Shown here in pieces: positions 63,208 to 64,000 of a stretch of 64,000 nt of DNA. Made by a program: the position numbers and the translations under genes. Each line of letters begins with the position of its first letter. The stretch's first letter is position 1. The notes under the pieces are model-generated. The model did no database searches and was not told the DNA's origin. It was given only the letters and a program-made list of their open reading frames with translations. The stretch lies in IMG/VR virus record IMGVR_UViG_3300042691_030776, one strand, 5' to 3'. Source of the DNA: a virus.

Positions 63208-64000
63208 TTGTCCTCCTCATACAGTGCAAAAGTACCAAACGGTGGGTTGGGATTCTTGTCACCATGGATGATCCATACTGTATCACAGTAGTTGGGATCA
63301 CCCCAGCTACCGCAAGGATAACCGTCTGTGAACACCACCAAGCGTTTGGGTTCAATCTGTTCGTCTTTCAAGTGTTTAAAGATACAGTCGAAGTCTGTGC
63401 CACCACCTCCGGCTAACTGATAATCATCGATGGTATCAAGATTGTCTGAGTTGTACTGTTGTAGATTGTAAACTTCCGTATCAAAACAAGCGATATGGAT
63501 CTTGTAAGATTCAAAGGCTTCCATGATACCCTTGACTTCGCTGAGGAAGTCCTTGCCTTGCTTTTCAGAAATACTGCCAGACATATCAATGTACACAGCG
63601 ATGTCAATGGCATCAGTACGGCTCATACCAGGCAGTACAGCATCCATGTCCCATCCACGACGGCTAGGACGCATCCAGGTGTAATCACTCTTGATGGTGC
63701 TCTCCAACTGCATGCGGAGCAGTTCGCGCCAGTTCATCTGCGGATCAGTGAGATCGCTGATCAGGCGTTTGACACCTGCCGGAATGCTACCTGCGTCAGA
63801 TGCTTGAGCGGCCGCCAACATGGCTTCTTTGATCTCATCTTTGATCTTTTGACGCTCTTCGGCACTGAGCTTGGGACGACCTTTGCCGGGCTTGTCGCCG
63901 TCTTGGCTGTCACCGTCACCATCGCCTTCACCATCCAAGTGATCGTCCAGGAGCCTGTCAATGAGATCACTGAGACTGATCTTTTCAGCATTTTCGTAGA
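63204..64000 (-). CDS. vWA-domain protein (DUF2201-like), N-terminus outside the window
   Basis: MIDAS DMSGS, GGGGTDF, VFTDGY; frame stays open to the window edge. Confidence 0.85.
   Translation of the reverse strand, partial: YENAEKISLSDLIDRLLDDHLDGEGDGDGDSQDGDKPGKGRPKLSAEERQKIKDEIKEAMLAAAQASDAGSIPAGVKRLISDLTDPQMNWRELLRMQLESTIKSDYTWMRPSRRGWDMDAVLPGMSRTDAIDIAVYIDMSGSISEKQGKDFLSEVKGIMEAFESYKIHIACFDTEVYNLQQYNSDNLDTIDDYQLAGGGGTDFDCIFKHLKDEQIEPKRLVVFTDGYPCGSWGDPNYCDTVWIIHGDKNPNPPFGTFALYEEDK

Noticed and set aside
1255-63991. Numerous short ORFs nested in or antisense to long genes
   Set aside because: They are shadow frames of well-supported genes, without RBS, coupling or motifs
1-64000. Stop-codon reassignment as seen in some jumbo phages
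   Set aside because: Genes are full length in the standard code, and TAA, TGA and TAG all terminate genes (TAG at 3617, 42688, 51433)
1-64000. CRISPR array, tRNAs, diversity-generating retroelement, integrase or IS
   Set aside because: No regularly spaced repeats, cloverleaf, reverse transcriptase, TR/VR pair or recombinase motif seen by eye

Overview
This is a 64-kb segment of a large, T4-related (jumbo-type) myovirus genome. It uses the standard genetic code, and I saw no tRNAs or CRISPR arrays. Left end (minus strand): gp55-like late sigma factor, gp47/gp46 (Mre11/Rad50-like) recombination nuclease and a compact GIY-YIG nuclease, followed immediately by a highly structured, pseudoknotted non-coding stretch that runs off the window edge. 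4.6-34 kb (plus strand): late baseplate/tail module with tube-initiator-like, gp53, hub, gp5, gp25 and gp6 genes, a 4860-aa giant structural protein and two fibre proteins, under TAAATA-type late promoters. 34.1-60.4 kb: a ~26-kb biosynthetic locus of two convergent operons. It encodes six radical SAM enzymes (five with an N-terminal Twitch/SPASM module), seven GT10-like paralogues, four GT-A-like proteins, a NodU-type carbamoyltransferase with an unannotated basic micro-ORF, an amidinotransferase, an SGNH hydrolase, a DegT aminotransferase and an NDP-sugar epimerase. Right end (minus strand): thyX, small hypothetical genes and a truncated vWA protein. The strongest candidates for undescribed biology are (i) the glycan hypermodification locus, predicted to make guanidino/carbamoyl amino-sugars for an unknown target, and (ii) the GIY-YIG-linked structured RNA. 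All family assignments come from motifs recognised by eye; no database searches were run.
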